From assembly GCA_943913695.1 (NCBI GenBank), contig CALTZE010000001.1:8877-72876 (forward strand): a stretch of 64,000 nt of DNA, read 5' to 3'. How positions within the stretch are numbered: the stretch's first letter is position 1; each line of letters opens with the position of its first letter. The notes beneath the pieces are model-generated. The model saw only the letters and a program-made list of their open reading frames with translations, made no database searches and was not told the DNA's origin. This DNA is from an uncultured Marmoricola sp. Its GTDB lineage: Bacteria > Actinomycetota > Actinomycetes > Propionibacteriales > Nocardioidaceae. Positions 21,164 to 30,211 of the stretch are shown here, one piece after another. Position numbers and translations under genes: made by a program.

Positions 21164-22555
21164 CTACAGGCGGTTCCAGGCCTCCGTGAGCACCGAGCGC
21201 AGCGTCGACTCGATGAAGTCGAAGTGCTCCTGCTCGATCACCAGCGGGGGAGCGAGCTGGATGACCGGGTCGCCGCGGTCGTCGGCGCGGCAGTAGAGCC
21301 CGGCCTCGAAGAGCGCCCCGGAGAGGAAGCCGCGCAGCAGCCGCTCGGACTCGTCGTCGTCGAAGGTCTCCTTGGTGGCCTTGTCCTTGACGAGCTCGAT
21401 GCCGTAGAAGAAGCCGTCGCCGCGCACGTCGCCGACGATCGGCAGGTCCTGCAGCTTCTCGAGCGTCGCGCGGAAGTCGCCCTCGGTCGCCCGCACGTGC
21501 TCGTTGAGCTGCTCGCGCTCGAAGATGTCGAGGTTGGCCATCGCGACCGCGGTGGAGACGGGGTGGCCGCCGAAGGTGTAGCCGTGGGCGAAGACGTTGT
21601 CGCCCTTGCCGAAGGGCTCGAAGAGCCGGTCGGTGGCGATCATCGCGCCGAGCGGGGAGTAGCCGGAGGTCAGGCCCTTGGCGCAGGTGATGATGTCGGG
21701 CTGGTAGCCGTAGCGCTCGGCGGCGAACATGTGCCCGAGCCGGCCGAAGGCGCAGATCACCTCGTCGGAGACCAGCAGCACGTCGTACTCGTCGCAGATC
21801 TCGCGGACCCGCTGGAAGTAGCCGGGCGGCGGCGGGAAGCAGCCGCCGGAGTTCTGCACCGGCTCGAGGAAGACCGCGGCCACGGTGTCGGGGCCCTCGA
21901 ACTCGATCGCCTCGGCGATCCGGTTGGCCGCCCACTGGCCGAAGCGCTCGAGGTCGTCGGGAGCGCCGGTGTCGAAGTCGGTGCCGGCGCGGTAGAAGTT
22001 GGTGTTGGGCACCCGGAAGGTCGAGGGCACCAGCGGCTCGAAGGGCGCCTTCATGCCGGGCAGGCCCGTGATCGACAGCGCGCCCTGCGGCGTGCCGTGG
22101 TAGGCGATCGCGCGGCTGATGACCTTGTGCTTGGTGGGCTTGCCGGTCAGCTTGAAGTACTGCTTGGCCAGTTTCCACGCCGACTCCACGGCCTCGCCGC
22201 CGCCCGTGGTGAAGAAGACCTTGTTGAGGTCACCGGGGGCATAGTCGGCCAGCCGTGCGGCCAGGTCGATCGCGCTGGGGTGGGCGTAGGACCAGAGCGG
22301 GAAGAACGCCAGCTCGGCGGCCTGCTTGGCCGCGGCCTCGGCGAGCTCGGTGCGGCCGTGTCCCGCCTGCACCACGAACAGGCCGGCCAGGGCGTCGAGG
22401 TACTTGTTGCCGGCCTCGTCCCAGATGTGGGCGCCGTCGCCGCGCACGATCGTCTGCACGGGGTGGCTGTCGTAGGTGGAGTGGCGGGTGAAGTGCATCC
22501 ACAGGTGGTCCTTGGCCGCCTGCTGGCGGGCCGCGTCCGGCTGCTGCTGGGTCAT
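21164..22555 (-). CDS. Class III (omega-amine/putrescine) aminotransferase
   Basis: LWMHFT, YLDALAGL, YHG, EPVQ, DEVICAFGRLG, AKGLTSGY, HGYTFGGHP. Confidence 0.9.
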   Translation of the reverse strand: MTQQQPDAARQQAAKDHLWMHFTRHSTYDSHPVQTIVRGDGAHIWDEAGNKYLDALAGLFVVQAGHGRTELAEAAAKQAAELAFFPLWSYAHPSAIDLAARLADYAPGDLNKVFFTTGGGEAVESAWKLAKQYFKLTGKPTKHKVISRAIAYHGTPQGALSITGLPGMKAPFEPLVPSTFRVPNTNFYRAGTDFDTGAPDDLERFGQWAANRIAEAIEFEGPDTVAAVFLEPVQNSGGCFPPPPGYFQRVREICDEYDVLLVSDEVICAFGRLGHMFAAERYGYQPDIITCAKGLTSGYSPLGAMIATDRLFEPFGKGDNVFAHGYTFGGHPVSTAVAMANLDIFEREQLNEHVRATEGDFRATLEKLQDLPIVGDVRGDGFFYGIELVKDKATKETFDDDESERLLRGFLSGALFEAGLYCRADDRGDPVIQLAPPLVIEQEHFDFIESTLRSVLTEAWNRL

Positions 22556-22688
22556 GCCCGCCAGTCTGCCGTCCCGACCAGGGCCTGGCAAACGATCCGC
22601 ACCCGATTTCGGCATGCCTCGACCGAATCCATGGTGTGGCCCGCGCTCGACCTACCGAATCCGTTGTGGCCTCACTAGGGTGACGCGC

Positions 22689-24128
22689 ATGGCCGACCAG
22701 CAGTTCCACAACGTCATCGGCGGGCAGAGCGTCCCCGCCGCCTCCGGTGAGACCTACGACGTGCTCGACCCGACCACCGGCGAGGTCTACGCCAGCGCGC
22801 CGATGTCGGGCGCCGAGGACCTCGACCGGGCCTACGCCGCCGCGGAGGGCGCGTTCGAGACCTGGGGCCGGATGACCCCGCGTGACCGCTCGACCGCGCT
22901 GCTGCGGATCGCCGAGGCGATCGAGACCCACGTGGAGGAGATCAACGCCGTCGAGTGCCGCGACACCGGCAAGCCGCTCGGCGTCACGATGTCGGAGGAG
23001 ATGCCCTACGCCTCCGACCACTTCCGCTTCTTCGCCGGCGCCTCCCGGCTCCTGGAGGGCCGCTCGGCGGGGGAGTACATGGACGACCACACCTCCTACG
23101 TACGCCGGGAGCCGATCGGCGTCGTCGGTCAGGTGACCCCGTGGAACTACCCGCTGATGATGATGATCTGGAAGGTCGCGCCCGCGCTGGCCGCCGGCAA
23201 CACGGTCGTGCTCAAGCCGAGCGACACGACGCCGGCCTCGACGACGTACTTCGCGGAGATGTGCCAGGAGTTCCTGCCGCCGGGCGTCTTCAACGTCGTC
23301 TGCGGGGACCGCGACACCGGGCGGGCGCTGGTCGAGCACCCGACCCCGCAGATGGTGGCCATCACCGGCTCGGTGCGCGCGGGCATGGAGGTGGCGCGGT
23401 CGGCGGCGTCGGACCTGAAGAAGGTGCACCTCGAGCTCGGCGGCAAGGCGCCGGTGGTCGTCTTCGACGACGCCGACGTCGAGCGCGCGGCACAGGGCAT
23501 CGCCGAGGCGGGCTACTTCAACGCCGGCCAGGACTGCACGGCCGCGACCCGCGTGATCGCGCAGGCCGGCGTGCACGACGACTTCGTCGCCGCGCTCACC
23601 GAGGCCGCCCGCGCGACCCGCACCGGGCTGTCCGACGACGAGGGCGTGCTCTACGGCCCGCTCAACAACAGCAACCAGCTCGCCCACGTCAGCGGCATGG
23701 TCGAGCGGCTGCCCGACCACGCCCGGGTCGAGGCCGGTGGCCGACGCGAGGGGGAGCGTGGCTACTTCTACGCCCCCACCGTGCTGTCAGGTCTGCGGCA
23801 GGACGACGAGCAGATCCAGACCGAGATCTTCGGCCCCGTCATCACCGTGCAGCGCTTCGCCGACGAGGCCGAGGCGCTGCGCCTGGCCAACGGCGTGCAG
23901 TACGCCCTCGCCTCCAGCGTGTGGACCAAGGACCACGGGACCGCGATGCGGATGTCGCGGCTGCTCGACTTCGGGTGCGTGTGGATCAACACCCACATCC
24001 CGTTCCTCTCCGAGATGCCCCACGGTGGCTTCAAGCACTCCGGCTACGGCAAGGACCTCTCGATGTACGGGCTGGAGGACTACACCCGCCTCAAGCACGT
24101 GATGCACTACGTCGGCACGGACGCGTGA
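22689..24128 (+). CDS. Gamma-aminobutyraldehyde dehydrogenase
   Basis: PWNYPL, LELGGKAP, FNAGQDCTAATR, EMPHGG.KHSGYGKDLS; TAGGGT -10 box 7 nt before the ATG. Confidence 0.9.
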   Translation: MADQQFHNVIGGQSVPAASGETYDVLDPTTGEVYASAPMSGAEDLDRAYAAAEGAFETWGRMTPRDRSTALLRIAEAIETHVEEINAVECRDTGKPLGVTMSEEMPYASDHFRFFAGASRLLEGRSAGEYMDDHTSYVRREPIGVVGQVTPWNYPLMMMIWKVAPALAAGNTVVLKPSDTTPASTTYFAEMCQEFLPPGVFNVVCGDRDTGRALVEHPTPQMVAITGSVRAGMEVARSAASDLKKVHLELGGKAPVVVFDDADVERAAQGIAEAGYFNAGQDCTAATRVIAQAGVHDDFVAALTEAARATRTGLSDDEGVLYGPLNNSNQLAHVSGMVERLPDHARVEAGGRREGERGYFYAPTVLSGLRQDDEQIQTEIFGPVITVQRFADEAEALRLANGVQYALASSVWTKDHGTAMRMSRLLDFGCVWINTHIPFLSEMPHGGFKHSGYGKDLSMYGLEDYTRLKHVMHYVGTDA

Positions 24129-24137
24129 GGAGCGAGC

Positions 24138-25355
24138 ATGAGGATCCTGCTGGTCGGTGCCGGCGGTGTGGGCTCGGCCTTCACCGCGATCGCGGCGCGA
24201 CGCGACTTCTTCGAGTGCTGCGTCGTCGCCGACCACGACCTCGCCCGTGCGGAGCGCGCCGTCGCGGCGCTCGGTGACGAGCGCTTCGTCGCCGCGCGCA
24301 TCGACGCCTCCGACGCCGGCGCCGTCGAGGCGCTGGCGCGCGAGCACCGTGTCACGCACGTGATGAACGCCGTCGACCCGGTCTTCGACATGCCGGTCTT
24401 CGACGGCGCCTTCGCCGCCGGGGCCGACTACCTCGACATGGCGATGAGCCTGTCCCACCCGCACCCCGAGCGCCCCTACGAGGAGTGCGGGATCAAGCTC
24501 GGCGACGAGCAGTTCGCGGTGGCCGACCGGTGGGAGCGCGCCGGGCGGCTCGCGCTGGTCGGCATCGGCGTGGAGCCGGGGCTCTCCGACGTCTTCGCGC
24601 GCTACGCCGCCGACCACCTCTTCTCCGAGATCGACGAGCTCGGCACCCGCGACGGCGCCAACCTCGTGGTCACCGGTGACGACGGCGAGGAGGTCTTCGC
24701 GCCGTCGTTCTCCATGTGGACCACGATCGAGGAGTGCCTCAACCCTCCGGTGATCTGGGAGGAGGGGCGCGGCTGGTTCACGACGCCGCCCTTCTCCGAG
24801 CCCGAGGTCTTCGACTTCCCCGAGGGCATCGGGCCGGTCGAGTGCGTCAACGTGGAGCACGAGGAGGTGCTGCTGATGCCGCGCTGGGTCGACGCCAGGC
24901 GGGTGACCTTCAAGTATGGCCTCGGCGAGGAGTTCATCACCGTCCTGAAGGTGCTGCACACGCTCGGCCTCGACCGCACGGAGAAGGTGTCGGTCAGAGG
25001 TGTCGAGGTCTCCCCGCGCGACGTCGTCGCGGCGGTGCTGCCCGACCCGGCCACGGTCGGGCCCCGGATGACCGGCAAGACCTGCGCCGGGCTGCACGTC
25101 ACCGGCACGGGCACCGACGGCGAGCCGAGGTCGACGTACCTCTACCAGGTCGTCGACAACGAGTGGTCGATGCGCGAGTACGGCCACCAGTGCGTGGTCT
25201 GGCAGACGGCGGTCAACCCGGTGGTCGCCCTGGAGCTGCTCGCCCGTGGCGAGTGGGCCGGCACCGGGGTGCTGGGGCCCGAGGCCTTCGACCCGGTGCC
25301 CTTCCTCGACCTCCTCGGCGAGCACGGTGCGCCGTGGGGCCAGCGGGAGCAGTGA
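24138..25355 (+). CDS. Saccharopine dehydrogenase / carboxy(nor)spermidine dehydrogenase-like protein
   Basis: LVGAGGVG Rossmann motif, YLDMA, GVEPG, FS..TTIEEC, VEHEEV. Confidence 0.8.
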   Translation: MRILLVGAGGVGSAFTAIAARRDFFECCVVADHDLARAERAVAALGDERFVAARIDASDAGAVEALAREHRVTHVMNAVDPVFDMPVFDGAFAAGADYLDMAMSLSHPHPERPYEECGIKLGDEQFAVADRWERAGRLALVGIGVEPGLSDVFARYAADHLFSEIDELGTRDGANLVVTGDDGEEVFAPSFSMWTTIEECLNPPVIWEEGRGWFTTPPFSEPEVFDFPEGIGPVECVNVEHEEVLLMPRWVDARRVTFKYGLGEEFITVLKVLHTLGLDRTEKVSVRGVEVSPRDVVAAVLPDPATVGPRMTGKTCAGLHVTGTGTDGEPRSTYLYQVVDNEWSMREYGHQCVVWQTAVNPVVALELLARGEWAGTGVLGPEAFDPVPFLDLLGEHGAPWGQREQ

Positions 25356-25359
25356 CCCG

Positions 25360-26361
25360 ATGACGAGGTACGGCGCGCAGTTCGGGCCCGACATCACCTT
25401 CCTGGGGGTGCCGGCCGTCGACCTCGACGACGCCGCGGCCCTCGCCACCGCCGACGTGGTCGTCGTGGGCGCGCCCTTCGACGGGGGCACCAGCCACCGT
25501 CCGGGCACCCGCTTCGGGCCACAGGCGATCCGCGCCACCGACTACCTGCCCCACGACGGCAGCCGGCCGCACCTCGCGCTGCGCGTCGACGCGCTGCGCG
25601 ACCTCACCGTGCTCGACGCCGGAGACGTCGAGATGTACTCCGGCGACGTGGAGACCTCGCTGGCCTCCCTGGAGCAGGCCGTGCACACTGTCGCCGCGGC
25701 CGGCGCGGTGCCGCTCGTGCTCGGCGGCGACCACACGGTGGCGCTGCCCGACGCGACGGGCGTGGCGCGGCACCACGGCTTCGGCCGGGTCTCGATGATC
25801 CACTTCGACGCGCACGCCGACACCGGCGACATCGAGTTCGGCTCGCTCTACGGCCACGGGCAGCCGATGCGTCGGCTGATCGAGTCCGGCGCGCTGCGCG
25901 GCGACCGCTTCCTCCAGGTGGGCCTGCGCGGCTACTGGCCGGGTCCGGAGACGCTGGCCTGGATGGCCGAGCAGCAGATGCGGTCCTTCGAGATGACCGA
26001 GATCGGCGCCCGCGGGCTGGAGGCCTGCCTCGACGAGGCCTTCGAGATCGCGCTCGACGACTGCGACGCCGTCTTCCTCTCCGTCGACATCGACGTGTGC
26101 GACCCCGGGCACGCGCCCGGGACGGGCACTCCCGAGCCCGGCGGCCTCTCGGCGCGCCAGCTGCTCGACGCCGTACGCCGCATCTGCCGCGAGCTGCCCG
26201 TCGCGGGCATCGACGTGGTCGAGGTCAGCCCGCCCTACGACCACGCCGACATCACGGCGGCGCTGGCCAACCGGGTGTGCCTCGAGGCGCTCTCAGGCCT
26301 CGCGGCGCGCCGGCACGGGATCGCGCACGACCCGGCCGGCCCGCTGCTCGAGGGGCGCTGA
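25360..26361 (+). CDS. speB: Agmatinase (ureohydrolase family)
   Basis: GGDHT, HFDAHAD, SVDIDVCDP..APGTGTPEPGG, VEVSPPYD. Confidence 0.88.
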   Translation: MTRYGAQFGPDITFLGVPAVDLDDAAALATADVVVVGAPFDGGTSHRPGTRFGPQAIRATDYLPHDGSRPHLALRVDALRDLTVLDAGDVEMYSGDVETSLASLEQAVHTVAAAGAVPLVLGGDHTVALPDATGVARHHGFGRVSMIHFDAHADTGDIEFGSLYGHGQPMRRLIESGALRGDRFLQVGLRGYWPGPETLAWMAEQQMRSFEMTEIGARGLEACLDEAFEIALDDCDAVFLSVDIDVCDPGHAPGTGTPEPGGLSARQLLDAVRRICRELPVAGIDVVEVSPPYDHADITAALANRVCLEALSGLAARRHGIAHDPAGPLLEGR

Positions 26362-26363
26362 AC

Positions 26364-26546
26364 TCAGGCGGCCAGGACCTGCTTGGCGCTCTGGGGGGCC
26401 TTGCGGCCGGTGAGCACGACCTGGGGCTCGCCGCACCAGCAGGAGAAGTGCATCTCGATGCCGTGGTCGGTGTTCACGAGCTCGTGGATCTGGCTGATGG
26501 ACATCAGCTGGCGGCGCTCGCAGGCGGTGCAGGTGTGGACGAACAT
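26364..26546 (-). CDS. Small putative Zn-binding protein (60 aa; CxxC...CWC)
   Basis: GGAGG RBS before ATG 26546; CTAC and CWCG. Confidence 0.65.
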   Translation of the reverse strand: MFVHTCTACERRQLMSISQIHELVNTDHGIEMHFSCWCGEPQVVLTGRKAPQSAKQVLAA

Positions 26547-26619
26547 CGGAACCTCCCCAGAGGTGTTCGGTGGTGATCGGTGACGTGCTGTCGAGACCAA
26601 GTGTGCCGCTGCGCAACTG

Positions 26620-26668
26620 ATAGGGGTAGTCTTCTTCTCCTGCACGAGACCAAGGATCTGTCTATAAC
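26620..26668. promoter_or_regulatory. Putative LysR operator region (two degenerate ATAG-N7-CTAT-like boxes)
   Basis: ATAG-GGGTAGT-CTTC and CAAG-GATCTGT-CTAT in a relatively AT-rich divergent intergenic region. Confidence 0.4.
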
Positions 26669-26701
26669 TCCAGGTCACTGGCCCGAGCTCTCCGAGAGGT
26701 T

Positions 26702-27634
26702 GTGACCGTGCTCACCCTGCACCAGCTGCGCTGCTTCCTCGCGACCTACGAGGAGGGGTCGCTGACGGCCGCCGCCGAGCGGCTCGGCTACGCCCAGCCC
26801 TCGGTCTCCGAGCAGATCCGCAACCTCGAGGCGACCCTCGGCGCCCCGCTGTTCCGTCGCGTCGGGCGCGGCGTGGTGGCCACGACGATCGCCGACGACT
26901 TCCGGGCGCACGCCGAGCGCACCCTCGCGGCCGCAGAGGAGGCGCGGGCCTCGGTGGCCAGCCAGGTGCGGCTGGAGACGGGCACGATCCGCTTCGGGAT
27001 GTTCGGCATCGCGCGGCTCTACGCCGGCGCGGACCTGGTCGCCGACGTGCTGGCGCGCTACCCCGGGGTGCGCGTCGAGCTGGTCGGCACCAACTCCACC
27101 GAGGTGCAGGAGGAGCTGCGGCGCGGGCGGCTGGAGGCGGCGATGATCGCCGTGCCGCAGCTGGAGAGCGAGGGCTTCTCGGTCACGCCGGTCGCCCGCG
27201 ACGAGCTCGTCTACGTCAGCCGCGACCCGGCCCGGCTCGCCACGCCCGTGACCGCGCACCGGCTCTCGCTCGCCACGCTGGTGATGCCCGAGACGACCTT
27301 CCGGCAGGTCGACTCGGTGCGGATCATCCTGCGGCAGCTGATGCACGAGACCGGGCGCAACCCCGTGACGCGCATCGAGGTCGAGGACGTCGAGACCGCC
27401 GTCGAGCTCGCCGGCATGGGGCTGGCCGACACCGTGATCACCCGGGGCGCCGCCGAGCAGCTGCTGCCGCGGCTCGCGCCGGAGTGCGGGTGGACCTCCC
27501 TGCGCCCGCGGCAGTACGACGTGCTGGCGATCGTGCACCGTCGCGACGCGATCCTCTCGCCGGCCGCGCGGCTGATGATCGAGCTGGCCACCGCCCGGAT
27601 CCAGGCGATCGCGGAGCCCGTGACGCCGCGCTGA
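26702..27634 (+). CDS. LysR family transcriptional regulator
   Basis: LHQLRCF...GSLTAAAERLGYAQPSVSEQIRNLE..LG..LF.R. Confidence 0.93.
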   Translation: MTVLTLHQLRCFLATYEEGSLTAAAERLGYAQPSVSEQIRNLEATLGAPLFRRVGRGVVATTIADDFRAHAERTLAAAEEARASVASQVRLETGTIRFGMFGIARLYAGADLVADVLARYPGVRVELVGTNSTEVQEELRRGRLEAAMIAVPQLESEGFSVTPVARDELVYVSRDPARLATPVTAHRLSLATLVMPETTFRQVDSVRIILRQLMHETGRNPVTRIEVEDVETAVELAGMGLADTVITRGAAEQLLPRLAPECGWTSLRPRQYDVLAIVHRRDAILSPAARLMIELATARIQAIAEPVTPR

Positions 27635-27648
27635 GCCGGAGCGTCGGC

Positions 27649-28992
27649 TCAGAGCCCGAGCGCGACCTCCTCGATCACGTCGAGCGCCTCGTGGAGCAGG
27701 TGCTCGGGCATCACCAGCGGCGGCAGGAAGCGCAGCACGTTGCCGTAGGTGCCGCACGTGAGCGTGAGCACGCCCCGGTCGTGGCAGCCCTTGGCCAGGG
27801 CCGCGGCCGTCGTCGGGTCGGGCGTGGTGGTGCCGGGCTCGACCACCTCGACCGCGAGCATCGCGCCACGACCGCGCACCTCGCCGATGGCGGGGAACTT
27901 CTCGGCCAGCGTGCCGAGCCGGTCGCGCATCGTGTCCTCGATGCGCCGTGCGGCGCCGTTGAGGTCCTCGGACTCCATGGTGGCGATCGCCCCGAGCGCC
28001 GCCGCGCAGGCGACCGGGTTGCCGCCGTAGGTGCCCCCCAGGCCGCCGCCGTGCACGGCGTCCATCATCTCGGCGCGGCCGACCACCGCCGCCAGCGGCA
28101 GGCCGCCGGCGACGCCCTTGGCGACCGTCACGAGGTCCGGCACGACGCCCTCGTGCTCGCAGGCGAACCACGCGCCGGTGCGGCACATGCCGGACTGGAT
28201 CTCGTCGGCGACGAAGACGATGCCGTTGCTGCGGCACCACTCGGCGAGCGTGGGCAGGAAGCCGGGGGCCGGCACGATGAAGCCACCCTCGCCGAGCACC
28301 GGCTCGACGACCAGGCAGGCGAGGTTGGCCGCCCCCGCCTGCTTCTCCAGCACGTCGATGGCGCGCCGGGCGGCCTGCTCGCCGGTGATCTCGGCGGGCT
28401 CGCGGAACGGGTAGGACATCGGCGCGCGGTAGATGTCGGAGGCGAACGGGCCGAAGCCGTCCTTGTAGGGCATGTTCTTCGCCGTCATCGCCATGGTCAG
28501 GTTGGTGCGACCGTGGTAGGCGTGGTCGACGACCGCGACGCCGCTGCGTCCGGTCGCGTGGCGGGCGATCTTCACGGCGTTCTCCACCGCCTCGGCGCCG
28601 GAGTTGAAGAGCGCGGCCTTCTTGGCGTGGTCGCCGGGGGTGAGCTGCGCGAGCCGCTCCGCGACCTCCACGTAGCCCTCGTAGGGCGCGACCATGAAGC
28701 AGGTGTGGGTGAAGGCCGCCACCTGCTCGGCGACCCGGCTCACCACCTCGGGCGCGCTGTTGCCCACGCTGGTCACGGCGATGCCGCTCGCCAGGTCGAT
28801 CAGGGAGTTGCCGTCGACGTCGACCACCACCCCGCCGCCGGCCGCGACGACGTACACGGGCAGCACGCTGCCGACCCCGCTCGCGACCGCCGCCAGGCGC
28901 CGCTCCTGCAGCTCGCGCGACCGCGGTCCGGGGATCTCGGTGACGAGGCGGCGCTCCTGGGGGAGTCCGGGGCCTCCGGTTTCAGTCGTCAT
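27649..28992 (-). CDS. gabT: 4-aminobutyrate aminotransferase
   Basis: FTHTCF, NSGAEAVENAVK, YHGRT, EPVLGEGGF, DEIQSG, GGTYGGNP. Confidence 0.93.
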   Translation of the reverse strand: MTTETGGPGLPQERRLVTEIPGPRSRELQERRLAAVASGVGSVLPVYVVAAGGGVVVDVDGNSLIDLASGIAVTSVGNSAPEVVSRVAEQVAAFTHTCFMVAPYEGYVEVAERLAQLTPGDHAKKAALFNSGAEAVENAVKIARHATGRSGVAVVDHAYHGRTNLTMAMTAKNMPYKDGFGPFASDIYRAPMSYPFREPAEITGEQAARRAIDVLEKQAGAANLACLVVEPVLGEGGFIVPAPGFLPTLAEWCRSNGIVFVADEIQSGMCRTGAWFACEHEGVVPDLVTVAKGVAGGLPLAAVVGRAEMMDAVHGGGLGGTYGGNPVACAAALGAIATMESEDLNGAARRIEDTMRDRLGTLAEKFPAIGEVRGRGAMLAVEVVEPGTTTPDPTTAAALAKGCHDRGVLTLTCGTYGNVLRFLPPLVMPEHLLHEALDVIEEVALGL

Positions 28993-29080
28993 GCGGCTCT
29001 CCTGCGACGGGATCGGTCGTGCTCGGCGGATTGCCTCGCCAGTATTCGCCGAGGGGCCGCCCCGGGGCAACCGGGAGCCT

Positions 29081-29121
29081 GCTCCGCGGATCTGACGTAC
29101 GTGATGCGTTGGATCCGCGGA
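29081..29121. repeat. 41-bp hairpin repeat, left copy (family 2)
   Basis: TCCGCGGATC...GATCCGCGGA stem; 35/41 identical to 30166-30206 by manual alignment. Confidence 0.8.
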
Positions 29122-29191
29122 ACAGCCTGCCTATCCACAGATCGCCTCGCCCCGCTGGCGCGGGGGGACCCGACTCGGCAGCCTCGAGTGC

Positions 29192-30196
29192 GTGTCCGAG
29201 AGCCCCGATCACCTGCTGCGCCAGCTGCACGAGGAGCTGCAGCGGCAGGACGGCGTGGTCTCGCGGCGACAGGTGCTCGCCGCCGGGTTGGCCCCGCACG
29301 ACCTCGAGCGACTGGTGCGCCGGCGGCTGCTGGTGCCGAGAGGGCAGGCGACGTACGTCGACCACACGGCGCCACCCACGTGGCGGCAGCGCGCCTGGTC
29401 GGCGGTCCTCGCGCTCGGCCCGGCGGCCATCGGCGGCGAGTCGGCCCTGGCACTGGCCGAGGGACGGTGGCGAGCGCCCGACGCGCTGGTGCACGTCGTG
29501 ATCGCCGTTCATCGGAGCACTCCCGCGCCGCTGCCCGGGGTGCTGGTGCGGCACGTCAGCGACCTCGACGCGCGGGTGCAGTGGCACCTGGGTCCACCCC
29601 GGCTGCGCTACGAGGAGGCAGTGCTCGACGTCGCCGGCGACGCCGAGAGCGACCTCGCTGCGATCGCCGTGCTGGCGGCGGCGGTGAGCTCCCGGATCAC
29701 CACCGCGGCACGACTGCTGGAGACCCTCGCTCGGCGAGCGCGGATGCCTCGCCGGGCATGGCTGGAGTCGGTGCTGCGCGACGTCGCGGAGGGCACCTGC
29801 TCGGTGCTGGAGCACGGACAGCTGACCCTCGTCGAGCGGCCACACGGACTCCCGCCTGCGGTGCGGCAACGTCCCGACCAGGGCCGGGCGGGCCGGATCT
29901 ACCGCGACGCCAGCTACGGCGGCGGCGTCGAGGTCGAGCTCGACGGTCGGCTGCACGAGCGGCGGGCGCACCGTGACGCCGACATGGACCGAGACCTCGA
30001 CGTGGCAGCCGCCGGTGGTGTCCCGGTGCGGATCGGCTTCGCGCAGGTCTTCGACCGTCCGTGCCTCACTGCGGCCGCACTCGCGCAGCTGCTGCTCGTG
30101 AGGGGGGTCCGCTGCTCACCCCACCCCTGCTCACCCGGCTGCCCGGTGGGGCAGGTAGCCGCGGAGCTCCGTGGATCCGACGTACGGGGTGCGTGA
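29192..30196 (+). CDS. AbiEi-antitoxin-like N-terminal domain plus DUF559/Vsr-like C-terminal domain protein
   Basis: QDGVVSRRQVLAAGL N-terminus; SVLE; VEVELDGRLH...RDADMDRD C-terminus. Confidence 0.7.
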   Translation: MSESPDHLLRQLHEELQRQDGVVSRRQVLAAGLAPHDLERLVRRRLLVPRGQATYVDHTAPPTWRQRAWSAVLALGPAAIGGESALALAEGRWRAPDALVHVVIAVHRSTPAPLPGVLVRHVSDLDARVQWHLGPPRLRYEEAVLDVAGDAESDLAAIAVLAAAVSSRITTAARLLETLARRARMPRRAWLESVLRDVAEGTCSVLEHGQLTLVERPHGLPPAVRQRPDQGRAGRIYRDASYGGGVEVELDGRLHERRAHRDADMDRDLDVAAAGGVPVRIGFAQVFDRPCLTAAALAQLLLVRGVRCSPHPCSPGCPVGQVAAELRGSDVRGA

Positions 30197-30206
30197 GATC
30201 CGCGGA
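30166..30206. repeat. 41-bp hairpin repeat, right copy (contains the gene's TGA)
   Basis: GCTCCGTGGATCCGACGTACGGGGTGCGTGAGATCCGCGGA. Confidence 0.8.
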
Positions 30207-30211
30207 CGGAG

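Noticed and set aside
29192..30196. Type IV toxin-antitoxin (AbiE) system
   Set aside because: No adjacent AbiEii nucleotidyltransferase toxin; the neighbours are gabT and a phospholipase D gene.
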